A program made the position numbers and the translations under genes. The notes under the pieces are model-generated. The model did no database searches and was not told the origin of the DNA. It was given only the letters and a program-made list of their open reading frames with translations. Below, piece after piece: positions 1-13,264 of a stretch of DNA of 64,000 nt. The stretch's first letter is position 1; the number at the start of each line of letters is the position of its first letter. Where the stretch lies: assembly GCA_013239625.1 (NCBI GenBank), contig MU054098.1, positions 1,675,104 to 1,739,103 of the forward strand, written 5' to 3'. The stretch comes from Lama guanicoe. Taxonomy: Eukaryota.

Positions 1-1353
1 CACAGAGGAAAAAAAAAAAAGAAATTGGACCCCTATCTTGCACCGCTTACAAAAATTAAGTAGAAATGGATTAAGGACTTAAACCTAAGACCTGCAACCA
101 TAAAACTCTTGGGAAAAAAAAAACAGAGAAAAAGCTCCTTGACACTGGTCTTTGAAATGATATTTTGGATAGGACACCAAAAGCACAATTAAAACAAAAA
201 TAAACAAGTGAAACTACATCCCACTAAAAAGCTTCTATAAAGCAAAAGAAACAACCAACAAAATGAAGAGGTAACCTACAGAACAGGGGAAAATATTTGC
301 AGTCCATGTATGTAATAAGGGGCTAGTATCCAAAACATATAAGGAAGCCATACAACTCAATACCCAAAACAAATAAACCAGTTGAAAAATGGGCAGAGGA
401 CTTAAAGAGACTTTCTCAAAAAGAAGCATACAAATGGCCAGCAAGTACATAAAATGGTATACAACATCATTAATATTAGGGAAATGCAAATCAAAACTAT
501 AATGAGCTATCTCCTCACACCTGTTGTCATGACTATTAGCAAAAAGACAAGAGTAACAAATGGTGGCAAGGATGTAGAAAAAAGGGAATTCTGGTGCAAT
601 GTTGGTGGGAATGTAGATTGGTTCCAGCACTAGGGAAAACTGTATGGAGGTTCCTCAGAAAATTGAAAATAGAACTATCATATAATCCAGCAATTCCACT
701 TCTGGGTATATACCTGAAGGAAATAAAATCATTATCTCAAAGAGATATCTGCACTCCTGTGCTCATTGCAGCATTATTCACAATAGTGATATCCTAACTG
801 GATGGATGGATCAAGAATATGTGGTTTATGTATACAATGGAATATTATTCAGTTCTAAAAAGGAAGGAAATTCTGCCATTTGTGACAACATAGATGGACC
901 TTGAGGGCATTATGCTAAGTGAAGTAAGTCAGAAAGAGAAAGACAAATACTGCATGACCTCACTTACATGTGGAATCTATAAACAACAAATTCATAGAAA
1001 CAGTAGAATGGTGGTTTCCAGGGACTGAGGGATGAGGGAAATGGGGAGATATTAGTCAAAGGTTACAAACTTTCAGTTACACAATGAATAAGTTCCAGGG
1101 ATCTAAAGAACACCGTGGTGACTATAGTTAATACTGTACTGTATACTTCGAAAGTTGCTAAGAGAGTAATGCTTTCATGTTGTCATCATAACAATAAAAC
1201 ATGGTAATTATGTGAGATGAGGTGAAGGATGTGTTAACTAACCTTATTTTGATAAACATTTCACAATATATACTTGTATCAAGTCATCACGTTGTTTACC
1301 TTAAAACTTATACAATGTTATATGACAATTATACCTCAATAAAGCTGGAAAAA
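1..1353 (+). mobile_element. L1 3' portion (ORF2 C-terminus + 3'UTR, L1MA9-like), runs off the left edge of the window
   Basis: ORF 594-797 ([38 protein letters not shown]) is the L1 ORF2 Cys-rich C-terminus; ends in CTCAATAAAGCTGGAAAAA. Confidence 0.93.
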
Positions 1354-1542
1354 TATATACAAATCTCTATCTTTGTCAGCATGCTTGAAATATTTCCTAA
1401 TACTTGGAGATAAAAACAGGCTAGAACATATTTTCAACATCATTGATTATTTCTATTTATTTGTTAGGATAGTGTATCCACAGATGTTTATTTTACTAGT
1501 GTTATGCTTTATAATTTACATATGCATTTAAAATATTCTTAT

Positions 1543-1975
1543 AAGTATTACATATGCTTTATTAATATATGTGTCAAATATTTCAAAAATATAATATTAG
1601 TGAGTGAAACAAGTTAATTAAAAAAATAAACACAAAAAGACAATGAATATATGTATGCTCATGTATGACTGAAAAATTGTGCTCTACACTGGAATTTGAC
1701 ACAACATTGTAAAATGACTATAACTCAATAAAAATGTTTTAAAAAATATAAATACAGATATAGATAGTCAAAAAGTATTACATATGCTTTATTAATATAT
1801 GTGTCAAATATTTCAAAAATATAATATTAGTGAGTGAAACAAGTTAATTAAAAAAATAAACACAAAAAGACAATGAATATATGTATGCTCATGTATGACT
1901 GAAAAATTGTGCTCTACACTGGAAACTGACACAACATTGTAAACTGACTATAACTCAATAGAATAAAATTTTTAA
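1543..1975 (+). repeat. Direct duplication (period 230 bp); each copy carries an L1 3' tail
   Basis: 1543-1694 is identical to 1773-1924 (152 bp); both continue into an L1 3'-UTR end of the type seen at about 20440-20545. Confidence 0.92.
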
Positions 1976-2059
1976 AAAGAGAATAAATAAGAAGATGTCA
2001 AACAGTACATCAAAATCTTAAAGATGGGAGAGGGAAGCAGGAAAACAGGTTTTTTTAAA

Positions 2060-3200
2060 AAATAAAATAAACACAAAGAAAAAGATAAGTAAATAACATA
2101 AAACTAAAATTAACGAAATAGAAAAGCAAATAAATCATAGAGGATCAGCAAAACCAAAAACTGCTCAATTGAGAAAAGCTATTAACTTAGACAAATCTCT
2201 GGCAAAATTGATCAAGAATAAAAGAAAGAAGGCAAAAATGAAAAGAAGAACATCTGAGAAGGAACATGTAAAAGTTTACAAATCACATAAGAATACTAGT
2301 AACTTTCACACAAGGTATCAAGCCCACGTATTTTTTTCAGGTAAATCCACCAAACTAGTGGATAATCCCTACCATTGAACTCTGTGTTACAGACAACAGA
2401 ATAGGAAGAACATCTATACAACAATAATCTTGATACCTACCTGAGGATATTTAATTAAATATGTTATATGGATGAATGGGTGAATGAATAGACAGATAGG
2501 TAGACAGATATCAAGTAGAATTTATTCCAATATGTAAGCATGAAAAACACTAGAGAATCTAATAATGCAAGTTGCCATATGAACAGACTAAAAGAATAAA
2601 AAAGTGACTATTTCAACGGATGCAGACACTACAGTTGATAAACCTCTACATTGATTCTTGAAAAAAAATCTATGCAAATCAGAAATCTATGGAGACTTTC
2701 TTAACCAGATAAAATGTATCTAACAAAACATAATGTAAACATCATACTTAATCACTTCTAATTTCAGACATTGAGAGAAGGAACTCTTAGAGTCCTGCTT
2801 AGGATATGTAAGTTGATATGCTGCTTTAAAGATAAATTTGAAAACATCTTATAAAGCTGAATATATGAATATCCTATTTTCTATCAATTGCATTTCTACT
2901 GAATATGTGAATATCCTATTTTCTATCGACTGCATTTCTATTTATATTACCCAAAGAAACTTTTGCACATGGGTACATGAAAAAAATATGTATAAGGATG
3001 TTCATTGCCATACTGACTGCATTAAGAAAAATCAGAAACTTAACTCTTTTACAGAAGAAATGCTACATAAATTTTTATTTAGTCATACGGTAAATTGAAC
3101 AGTTAATGAACCATAGATACTTGGATCTACCAAATAAATCTCAAAAACAAAATTGAGCTGCAAAAGAAATTTGAAAAAAAATATATATACAGCATGTCTT
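2060..3200 (+). mobile_element. Old degraded L1 fragments (L1M/L1ME-like)
   Basis: L1 ORF2-like remnant (AINLDKSLAKLIK) and an L1ME-type 3' segment (AAGGATGTTCATTGC); highly diverged. Confidence 0.6.
2857..2940. repeat. 42-bp tandem duplication
   Basis: CTGAATATATGAATATCCTATTTTCTATCAATTGCATTTCTA twice, 3 mismatches. Confidence 0.9.
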
Positions 3201-4899
3201 TTAATTTTGAATCACAGAATATCACTTATAGTGATAAATCTTTGAGCAGAGGCCAAAAACAACCCAATCTAGGGCCTTAATTCTTAGTTGATATTTCTAG
3301 CTAATTTTTTAAGAAAGGAGCACAGTTACTGAACTACCTTTTCCTTAAGGAGTAGTATCCATGGCTTCTGTGAGCTGGACTTTTAATGTATGTCACAAAC
3401 ATGGAAAGAGCAAAAAACTAAGAATAATTTCATTAGTTGTCCTCTTCTTTAAAATCCCTTCTTCTCCCTGAGCGAGAGCCCACATTGAACGCTAGAGCCC
3501 AGTGACTATCTGGACTGGTACGCTTCATTAGAGACTGCCTTTATTCTGCTTTCTATGAAAATATCCTCTAGATTTACTACACCCTCATTGTTCTTTGCAG
3601 AGCTTTTAAATAGCTACAAGGTCAACAGTTCTGACTATGGAAACCTAGAATAAGAAAATATAGCTAAAAGACTTCACCTTTTAACCTAATTAATAGAAGG
3701 TCTAAGAGTCAAACACAAATAAATAAATATATACCGGGCTACAATATTCATATTTTTGTGAAAGTTTCTATTTGAAGACATTTTTAAGAAGAGATAAGAG
3801 AAAAAAATGAATTCCTTCAAGAAAAAAATAGTAGACTATTTTCAATATGCCTAGCCTGAAGGGAACTAGAACGTACTTTCACACTCAATGAACCATTGAG
3901 GTTTAAGGACAAGATTTCCCTCACAGGGTGGTATTTACAAAAATTACAACCTTCCTGACATTTTATTTATGTTTTCTTCCACACATGCAATAAATAACTT
4001 TCTATTTGAATTACTTATCAGCATGAGGAAAAGAAAGTAAAAACAAACCATTAATGTTTAGATAATGGAAAATGAAAATGAATACTAAGCAAAAGCTTTT
4101 CTCTTGGGGGGCAAAAAGCAGTCTGCAGGAAACAGAATTCTTATGTACGCATTGAGCTTAGTCCTGATGTGTTAAAAGATACAGTGTGACTGAACAAAAT
4201 GAGTGTTTCTGCAGTCAAGTCACATTATTTCTCCTGGAAACTGCTGTGACAAACACCTTATTTGCAAAAGAAAAACTAACCTTCTTATCTATTTAACTTA
4301 GCCTGTGAAGAGGCACAAGGGCAGCCCTTGGAAGAATATCCCATCTTGTCCATATTTCTTCAATTTTGAATATAAATTCTATAGAACTGATAGGATTTGA
4401 GAAAAAAAAATTAGAAGAGCCCACATAGGGAAATACCCCCGTCTGGTTAACTTGAAGACTTTGGTAGCACTTTAGGAAATCTAAATGGTATATTGCTAGG
4501 TCGTTCAGGTTGTTTCCAAGCACATTTCCCTCTTTGCTGTGTCTGCTGACCCACTGAGTCTACAAATACTATTTCTCAAGACAATAGTCAGCACAACCCA
4601 GAATTTGCAGTTAAACTGGTCAAACTGGGCCATTAACTCAAAACTAGGCAGAAAGGGACGGCGGTGAGAGGGAAAAGATTAAGAAAGAAAAGGAACAGTG
4701 GTAGGACAACACCTTGATTTAAGCCCTGTGAGAAAAACCTTGACCTACAGAAACTGTGAAAAACTTGTCACACAGCAATAGATAACAACACAACACAATT
4801 TAATTCTACAGAAATACTATACTCGTTAGTAAATTTATAATCTTGCACCTCAGAGAATACCACTGGGAAACGAGAAGCTAAAGCAATGAGAAAAGACCT

Positions 4900-6220
4900 T
4901 TCACAAGCTTTCAATACCAAATGCACCCACCTACCAGCAACAGGGTTTATATACTCAGCCTTCTCTACTATTACTATGGATGAATTCCTAGCAAAGGCCA
5001 ATCTTACCACTCATTCACAAGACCCCATCTTCTCTCACTTACTCAAAAGCATTGATCTAGCAATTCTCCTCCCTCTCTCTCCTGCATCACTGCTTTGTCA
5101 CTTTGCCAGATCATTTCCATCAACATTCTAATATATTATTTTTACCATCCTAAAAACAAAACAACAGCAACAACAAAAAAGGCGATTAACAACAAAAACA
5201 CTCTCCTGGTCGCATCTGCCCATCTATTCCTACTTGTGAAAGTATTGACTAATCAATGTTTCAGATTCTCATTTTCCTATACTTAAATCAACCCATTTGC
5301 TATGAGTTGAAATGCAGCCCCCCCCAAAAGGTTATGTTGAAGTCATAACCCCTGGTACCCGTGATAGTGATCTTCGGAAATAAAATTTTTGCAGATGTAA
5401 TCTACTTTAGGTGAGGTAATTAGGGTGGACGCTACTCCAATATGACATATGTTGTGTCCTTATAAGAAGAGAAGAAACAGAGAAAGATGCACAGTGGTAA
5501 GATGACAGAAGACACAGGAAGAACACCATGCTGAGACAGAGATAGAGATTGGAGCGGTGTGCCTGTAAGCCAAGGAACACCAAGGATTGCCAGCAATCCA
5601 TGAGAGTTAGTACAGAGGCAGGGTATAGTTACTCCCTCAGAACCTTTAGGAGGATTGAACTTCGCCAACACCTGGATTTTAAACTTAATAGTAAGAGGAT
5701 AAATTTCTGTTGTTTTAAGCCACCCAAATGTAGCAATTTGTTACGTCATCCTTAGAAAATTAATATACCATTCAGACTGGAATTTCACTTACATCGTTCC
5801 ACTGAAATTGTGTTTGTCAAAGTTATCAATGATTCTATGTTGCTAGATTCAAAAATCAATTCTTACTTGTCATCTTAAACTAGCAGCAGCATATGAGGGA
5901 GTTAATCATTCATTCTTCCTTAAAACAGTTTTTTTCCTTGCTTTCTAGACCGCCACACTCTTAGTTTTTATTTCAGGTCATTCGTTACTCCTTTTTCTGT
6001 TTCATTTGCTGGTTCCTCCTTAACACTGGAGTGCCCCAGGACTTTGTCCTTAGATTTCTTTCCCCTTTAACTCTCACTTACCTTCTTGGTGATACCATCC
6101 AGTCTTATGAATTTATGCTACCCATATGATGATGACCCTAAAATTCATATCCCTAGATTGGACATCTTTCCTGAATGCAAGTCACCTATATTTGGGTTTC
6201 CAATAGTCTTCCACAACTTA
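4900..6220 (+). mobile_element. L2 fragment interrupted by an MLT1 LTR
   Basis: Pyrimidine-rich L2 motifs (TTCCACTGAAATTGTGTTTGTCAAAGTTATCAATGA; TGGAGTGCCCCAGGAC) on both sides of the LTR. Confidence 0.75.
5298..5767 (+). mobile_element. MaLR solo LTR (MLT1B/C-like)
   Basis: TG start; typical 3' end AATTTCTGTTGTTTTAAGCCACC; perfect 5-bp TSD CCATT at 5293-5297 and 5768-5772. Confidence 0.9.
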
Positions 6221-6589
6221 ATACTGGGAAGCTGATTCAGTCACCATGAAATCAGGTAGGAGGGCAAATGGTAGCACTACATACCATGTGACAACCAATT
6301 CTTCCCCACCTCTCCACAGCCAATTATAACCTCTGAGTAATGTAACTAATGCTTGGAAAGGCTATTAAAATACAGTTTATTACCAGGTAGAAAACCTTGC
6401 TTTTAGATGAACAAGCTTAAATATAAAGTCCAGACAATGGTGTAGAATACTATTTATATTTCCAAAACAGTTGTCTATCAAGCCATGTCTAATCCAGATC
6501 TCCTCTCTGTTCTCCCTCCTTTATTCCCTCCTTCATCATAATTCATTGGTTTTATTATTTCCCTACACTTTCCTCTAGGGTACAGCCCC

Positions 6590-6648
6590 TCCTCTCCCCC
6601 CTCCTCCTCCCCATCCTCCTTCTCCTCCTCTCTTTCTTCTTCCTCCTT
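6590..6648. repeat. (CCT)n/CT-rich low-complexity tract
   Basis: Visible polypyrimidine run. Confidence 0.8.
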
Positions 6649-6844
6649 AAAGACCTCTGGTTTTTCATTGTTAGGTAAGTAGTTGCGCCTTGTTTCTCCC
6701 TTGATAGAACGGGAACAGGGGAAGGTGCTGTTATTTCAGGTCCTCTGAGTCATAAACATTGGAGAAGAGAAGTTGCACCCCTATTCAGACTCAGAGCAAA
6801 ACATCTTTAAGACAAACCTTTCTTTTGCTAATACTAACCACTTC

Positions 6845-9800
6845 CTGTGTATATGCCTGTTTTTAATCCAGTAACTTACTGTGTTGATTACTATAACTTT
6901 GTATAGTAATTTCAAATCAGGAAGTATGATGCCCCCAACTTTGCTCTTTTTTCTCAAGATTATTTCAACTATCTGGGGGTGTTTTATGGTTCCATATGAA
7001 TTTTAGGATTGCTTTTCTATTTTTGTGAAAAATGCCATTAGAATTTTGATAGGGATTGTGTTGAGTCTGTATATAGCTTGGGTTGTATAGACATTTTAAC
7101 AATATTGATTCTTCCAATCAATGAACACAGGGTACCTTTCCATTTATTTGTGTATTCTTCCATTTCTTTCACAAATGACATAGTTTTCAGTATACCTATT
7201 TCTTCACCTCCTTGGTTAAATTTATTCCTAAGTATTTTATTATTTTTGATATTATCATAAATGGGATTGTTTTCTTGATTTCCTTTTCAGATAGATCATT
7301 GCTGGTGTGAAACACAACTAATTTTTGGATGTTGTCTTTGTATCCTGAAACTTCGCTAAATTTATTTATTAGTTCTAACTCTGTGTGTGTGTAGAGTCTT
7401 TAGTTTTTTCTTACATATAGGAACATGTCTTCTGCAAATAAATAATTAGACTTCTTTTCTGATTTGTATGCCTTTTCTTTCTTTTTCCTGGCTAATTGCT
7501 CTTGTTAGTACTTCCAGTATTATGTTGAATAGAAGTGGTGAGAGTGGACATACTTGCTTTTTACTGGATGTTAGAAGAAAAGCTTTCAGGTTTTTTCTCA
7601 TTGATTTTGATGTTCACCACGGATTTTTCATAAATGAACTTTATTGTGTCAAGGTAAATTCTTTCTGCACTTATTTTGTTGACCATTTTTATCATGAATG
7701 AATGTTGAACTATGTTAAATGCTTTTCCTTCATCTATTGAGATGATCGTGTTATTTTTATCTTTCATTTTGTCAGTGTTATGTATCACATTGATTAATCT
7801 GCACATGTTAAACCAAATTTGCAACCCAGGGATAAATCCCACTTGGTCATGAAGTATAATATTTGTCTTGTGTTGTTGAATTCAGTTTGCTAGTATTTTG
7901 TTGAAGATTTTTGCACTGATGTACAGAGGTATTGGCCTGTAGTTTTCTTCTCTTGTTGTGTCTTTGGCTTTGGTATCAGGGTGATGCAGTTGTCATCAAA
8001 TGAGTTTGGAAGAATTCCCTCTAGTTCTGTTTTTGGAAAAGTTTAAGAAATACTGAAATTCTTCTTAAAATGTGTGGTATAATTCCTCCATGAAGCCAGC
8101 TGGTCCTGGACTTTTCCCTGGTCAGGAAATTTTTGATTACTACCTCAGTCTCCTTACTTATTATAGGTCTTTTCAGGCTTTCTATTTCTTCTGGATTCAG
8201 TTTTGGTATGTTGCACCTTTCTAGGAATTTAACAAATTCTTCTAGGTTATCCAATTTGTTTGGCATGTAATTGTTCACAAGTCCCTTGTAATGTGTTTTA
8301 TTTCTGAAGCAAGCATTATAATATGTCTTCTTTCATTTCTGATTTTATTTACTTGAATCTTCTCTCTTTTTTTCAGTTTATCTAGCTAAGAATTTTTCAA
8401 TTTTTTTAAAACTTAGTTTTATTGACTTTTTCTATTGTTTTGCTTTCTCTATTGATTTCTTTTTCATCTGATTTTTATTATTCCCTTCCTTCTGCTAAAT
8501 TTACATTTAGTTTTTTTCTTCTTTTTATAATTCCTAAAGGTATAAACTGTTTATATGAGATCTTCTATTTTAATGTAGGCATTTACCACCATAAAATTCC
8601 CTCTTATTACTGCCTTGGCTGCATCCCAAAAGGTTTCATAAGTTGTGTTTTCATTTTCATTTGTCTTGAAATATGTTTTAAATTCTCTTTTGATTTACTC
8701 TTTGACTCAATTGTTGTTCAATAGTGTGTTATTTAGTTTGCACATATTTGTGAATATTCCTGCTTTCTTGCTGTAACTGGTTTCTAGTTTCATTTCACTG
8801 TGGGTGGAAAAGATACTTAACATGATTTCAATCTTCTTAAATTATTAAGACTTATTTTGTTACCTAACATGTGATCTACCCTGGAGAATGTTCTGTGTAC
8901 ACTTGAGAAGAACATGTTTTCTTTTGCTGTTTGGTAGAAAGTTCTCTATATGTCTTTGACATTCATGTGATCTAGAGTGCTGTTCAAGTTTATTGTTCCT
9001 TTGTTGATTTCCTGTCTGAATGTACTATCCATTATTGAAAGTGCGGTATTGAACTCTCCCAGTATTGCATTGCTGTTACTCTCTTTTTTCAGATCTGTCA
9101 ATATTTGCTTTATATACTTACGTACTCTGATGTTTAGTGCATATATATTTACAATTGCTATATTTTCTGTTGAATTGACCTTTTTATTATTTTGTAATGA
9201 CTTACTTTGTGACTAGAGAGAGTTTTTGACTAAGAGTCTATCTTATCTAATATAAATCTACCTGCTTCTGCTTTCTTTTGGTTATCATCTGCAAGGCATA
9301 TCTTTTCCCATCCCTTCACTGTCAGCCTATATGTGCACTTAAGTCTCAAATGAGTTCCTTGTGTATAACAAAACAGAAACAGACTGACAGATATAGAAAA
9401 CAAACCAGTTATTACCAGTGGGAAGAAGGAAGCGGAGAGGGACAAGTAGGGGTATAGGATTAAGAAGCACAAAGTACTATGTATGAAATAAATAAGACAG
9501 AAGGATATATTGTACAGCACAGGGAAATATAGCCACTAATTTGTAACTTTAAATGGAGTACAATCTATAAAAATATCAAATCACTATGTTGCACACCTGA
9601 AACTAATATTATAAATCAACTGTATTTCAGTTAAAAAATACAAATAAATAAAATGAGTTCCTTGTAGACAGTATACAGTTGGATCTTGGTTTTGTATCCT
9701 TTGTATCTTTTTATTGGGGGTTTATTCCAGTTACATTTAAAGTAATTGTTGATAGGGGAGAACTTACTATTGTGATTTTTAAAATATTTTCGGTTTGTCT

Positions 9801-9990
9801 TATAGTTCTTTTTCCCTTGTTTTCTCTCTTGCTGTCTTCCTTTCTGAGTGTATTTTTTGAGGGGATTGATAGATATTGACTCCTTTCTCTTTTTCTTTTT
9901 GTAACTTCTATAGGTATTTTATCTGTGGTTATCATGAGACATACATAAACTATCTTACAGCTATTAACAACTTAACTTCACCTGCATATA
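6845..9990 (-). mobile_element. L1 ORF2 fragment (endonuclease through RT), decayed, 3' end missing
   Basis: Minus-strand ORFs: LSTITLNVTGIN (EN start, 9711-9935), NKLDNLEE..LNPEEIESLKRPI (8021-8278), GFIPGLQIWFN..ISIDEGKAF (RT, 7561-7842). Confidence 0.93.
9363..9650 (+). mobile_element. 5'-truncated L1 3'UTR nested antisense inside the older L1
   Basis: Perfect 15-bp TSD AAATGAGTTCCTTGT at 9348-9362 and 9651-9665; A-rich tail. Confidence 0.92.
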
Positions 9991-10239
9991 ACGTTTTTAC
10001 TAATCCTTACAGCAACTCCTAATATCATTAACAGCAAAGATTAATTCTTGTTTTAGGGGCATCAAGGACATCTGCTCCAACCCTTTTTACCAAATACACT
10101 CACTTGTTGCCACAATCCACTTTATGTTATCTTCCTTAGTTGGGTAGATTATCATTGCCTGCCCTTTTTTTATGTGACTCCATAACCTCTTTGGTAAAGC
10201 ATGTATCTTATACATAAATTCCCTTCTACATGAAGATTT

Positions 10240-10370
10240 CTAGCCCTGGATTCTAATCTAAATTCTGTCACATGCTGCGAGTCACTGGATAAGTGACTCC
10301 CCTTCTTGGTCCAGAGTTTCTTCACTCATAAAATAAAATCACTGGACATTAGATGATAGCTAAGATTCTT
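10240..10370 (+). mobile_element. MIR fragment
   Basis: MIR core-like sequence ...GGATAAGTGACT...GTTTCTTCACTCATAAAAT. Confidence 0.55.
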
Positions 10371-10375
10371 AACAT

Positions 10376-10400
10376 TGTATATATACAGTGTATATATACA

Positions 10401-10437
<37 letters not shown>

Positions 10438-10474
10438 ACTACAACATACAACAGTGTGTGTGTGTGTGTGTGTA
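10376..10474. repeat. (TA)n and (TG)n microsatellites
   Basis: Visible dinucleotide runs. Confidence 0.95.
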
Positions 10475-10620
10475 TAATATGCATAATAGTCCTACCTGGT
10501 TTCAGCCTGAGGGAGGCCCATCTTCACACTTTTCCTATGTAAATCATTTGTCATATATGTATATTTCTCCATATGATCGCTACTGTCACATATATATTTC
10601 TATTAGTACTTTTTTGTATA

Positions 10621-10801
10621 TGATTGACCTTTGAACAACACAGGTCTGAACTGCATAGGACCACTTACATGCAGATATTTTTCAATAGTAAATATTACAT
10701 TACTACATAGTATGTGGTTTGCTGAATATGGGGATATGGAGGAACCTCAAATATGAAGGGTTAACTATAAATTATACACAGATTGTTCAAAAGTCAAATG
10801 C
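10621..10801. mobile_element. Tigger-derived MITE (MER8/Tigger2-like)
   Basis: Degenerate TIRs TTGACCTTTGAACAA ... TTGTTCAAAAGTCAA. Confidence 0.8.
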
Positions 10802-13217
10802 ATGTCTATTATTCTTTAGTTTTTTAAAGACATCATTGGCTTCAATTATCCAAAACATCAGATAACTATGTTTTTATTCTTTTTTTAGTTGGGTTTATTT
10901 TATTATTCATTTTTCCCCAAATTCTTCATTGTTAAGTTCTAGGATACAAATAATTCTTTGGGTTTTATTTCTATATTGCTCAAGACTACAGAATTGGAAC
11001 CAACAGATTAAATTTACAAAGATACATTTTTAGCTAAACAGAAGTAAAACTTTTGCCAATATGTGGAGTGGGTTGCTTTATGAGGGAATAAGTTTCTCAT
11101 CACTGAAAATGTTTACACAAATAATATTAATAGACAGTGATGTAGAGGTGATTCATGCATACTGCACAGAGTAAATTATCAAGGACTCAAATACTCTTAA
11201 GTTCCCTTCAAATGGACATTCTGGGAATCTACTGCCTTGGGATAATACTAAAATTAGCTTACCTTCCCTAAAACACACACCAACTAACAAAGAAGAGAGG
11301 CTTTCCAGAGCCATATTAGGTAGAATTGGAAGAAACTAACATATGTACAAATTGAACATGGATGTTAGTAATTGACAGTTGGTAATCATGGAATGATCAT
11401 CATGACAATACATTGAAGTACTTTGGTATTTTGTCTTTGGAGTACATGCTGAAAACTATTTATAATAAGGAAGACTTCCTTAGAATGAGTTCCTTGGACA
11501 TTTAAGTAACTATATTTTATTGAATAGAATCCAAGAAAGATATGTCTTATATAGAAACCTTCTCTTTAACAAATAATGATATATTGAGATTTCTTTTATA
11601 TTCTATTACATTATATGATCATTGTACTTTGTAATTTTCTAAAATTAATAGTATACATTGTCTACAGTGTATCATCAATATATATTGATCAACTAATAAT
11701 ATATAGTCAGGTAAGTTTTCAATATGAACTGAGTTTAAAGGTATCATCTAGTTGCTTAAAATAAGCCAAACTTTTAAAATTAGGCAGATGAAATGTATGG
11801 ATATTATAGAATTTGGGGAGGGCCACCACATGCTTTTCATTTTTAGTATTAGTGGTGACTGTGACTTAACCCCAAGAACTAGAGATAAGGGAAATAAGAA
11901 AATAAGATAATTTTCTGGAATATAATTCACTAGTACCATGTAAATAACCACCTTGGAAAATAAATAAAGGATTATGTGTAAATGAGTGATTCAGAAAAGT
12001 TGGGAGACACAAAAAAATCCAATCAAGATGACCCAAGGAGTCAGTGCAGGAATGTAACTTTAATTAACTTAAATGGAAACCTAATCAACTGAATTTTATC
12101 TTATTTGGAAACTTGAACTGCATAGTACTCTATTTAAAGAGAAACTGATTGAACAGAAGAGTCGGCCGATATTACAGGATTGGTGAAGGCCAGAGAGCCA
12201 GATGTGAGCAGTGCCTACCCAAATATTGTCCAGAGAAGAGAGTTTTCTGTGACACTCCTCTTGCTCTGTTTCCACATCCAAAAAATGTTAAATCTGACAA
12301 TTTGTCTTGACTACAGGGAGAGATTGTCTAGATAAGGGGAAACAAGCATTTCTAGCCTTTTTGATATTTTTATTTCTCAGGAAAAAAATAGACATTTTGT
12401 TTTATATATCCATCTTTACTACCTTGGTTAATGTTAATCCAAGCTTCCTCCTCTCCTCACCCCCACAAAGGAAACAACTACTCTTGATGTGTTAAGAGAC
12501 TCAAATTTCTGACAGCCAAACCCTAGACCATAGTGAATTTATCAATATAAATACTAAGTTGTGAGGCCTTTCAGCACTCAACCAAGACTTCTTTTAGTAT
12601 ATTGTGGTGGGAAGTTAGAGCAACTAAACTGATAACTATGGTTCTTATTTATAATCCTCTCACTGGCCTAGAATATTTTCCAACTATTCTCAAAAATAAG
12701 CTTACTCTGATTCTTAAATATAGAAAAATGGCATTTTACCAAGTGATTTGCTGAATTCAGCCACTGCTTCTATTGTTAGTGCTTTCTGAAGCTTCTTTTA
12801 GAATTGAGGAACAGAAATGTGACTTAAAAAAAGCAAGGTCAGATTATCCTGAAAAAGGAAATTTGAAGAAGAGGAAATTAACCTATTTTGAAACTTTAAG
12901 AATCATTCATATTTTGTTCATCTCTTCTAACAACTGACACTTAATATGAAAGGAGAGACATAAAAAAGAAACCTACTGACCAAGAGAGCAACTAACAGCA
13001 CACTACCTGTTAGCTTGACAACTGGCAAGACCAAGCAATTCATCAGACATATTTTCTCAGAGTGGGACTTTCAAACTGTCAGAGCTCCCAAAAAGGTCCT
13101 GACTTTTACTGATAGTTGAAGTAATAAATATTGTCAGTAGGGACTCTGGTGGTGAAAGTGCGGTCTTATAGCCTCCCTGTTGCAGGTCTTTGTACATGTA
13201 ACAAAATAATATCTCAC

Positions 13218-13264
13218 CTGCTTGAAACTGAATTCTGCAGCAAACCAAATTGTCCATTACAGAG
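13218..13264 (-). other. Candidate 47-nt exon of an unidentified transcript
   Basis: Minus strand ttcattttttatcctctggtttttag|CTCTGTAATGG...TCAAGCAG|gtgaga, in sequence with no recognisable repeat; no protein match recognised. Confidence 0.3.

Noticed and set aside
4280..4385. Minus-strand exon candidate with a pyrimidine tract and AAG|GTTAGT donor
   Set aside because: All three frames contain stops before the donor, and no homology is recognisable.
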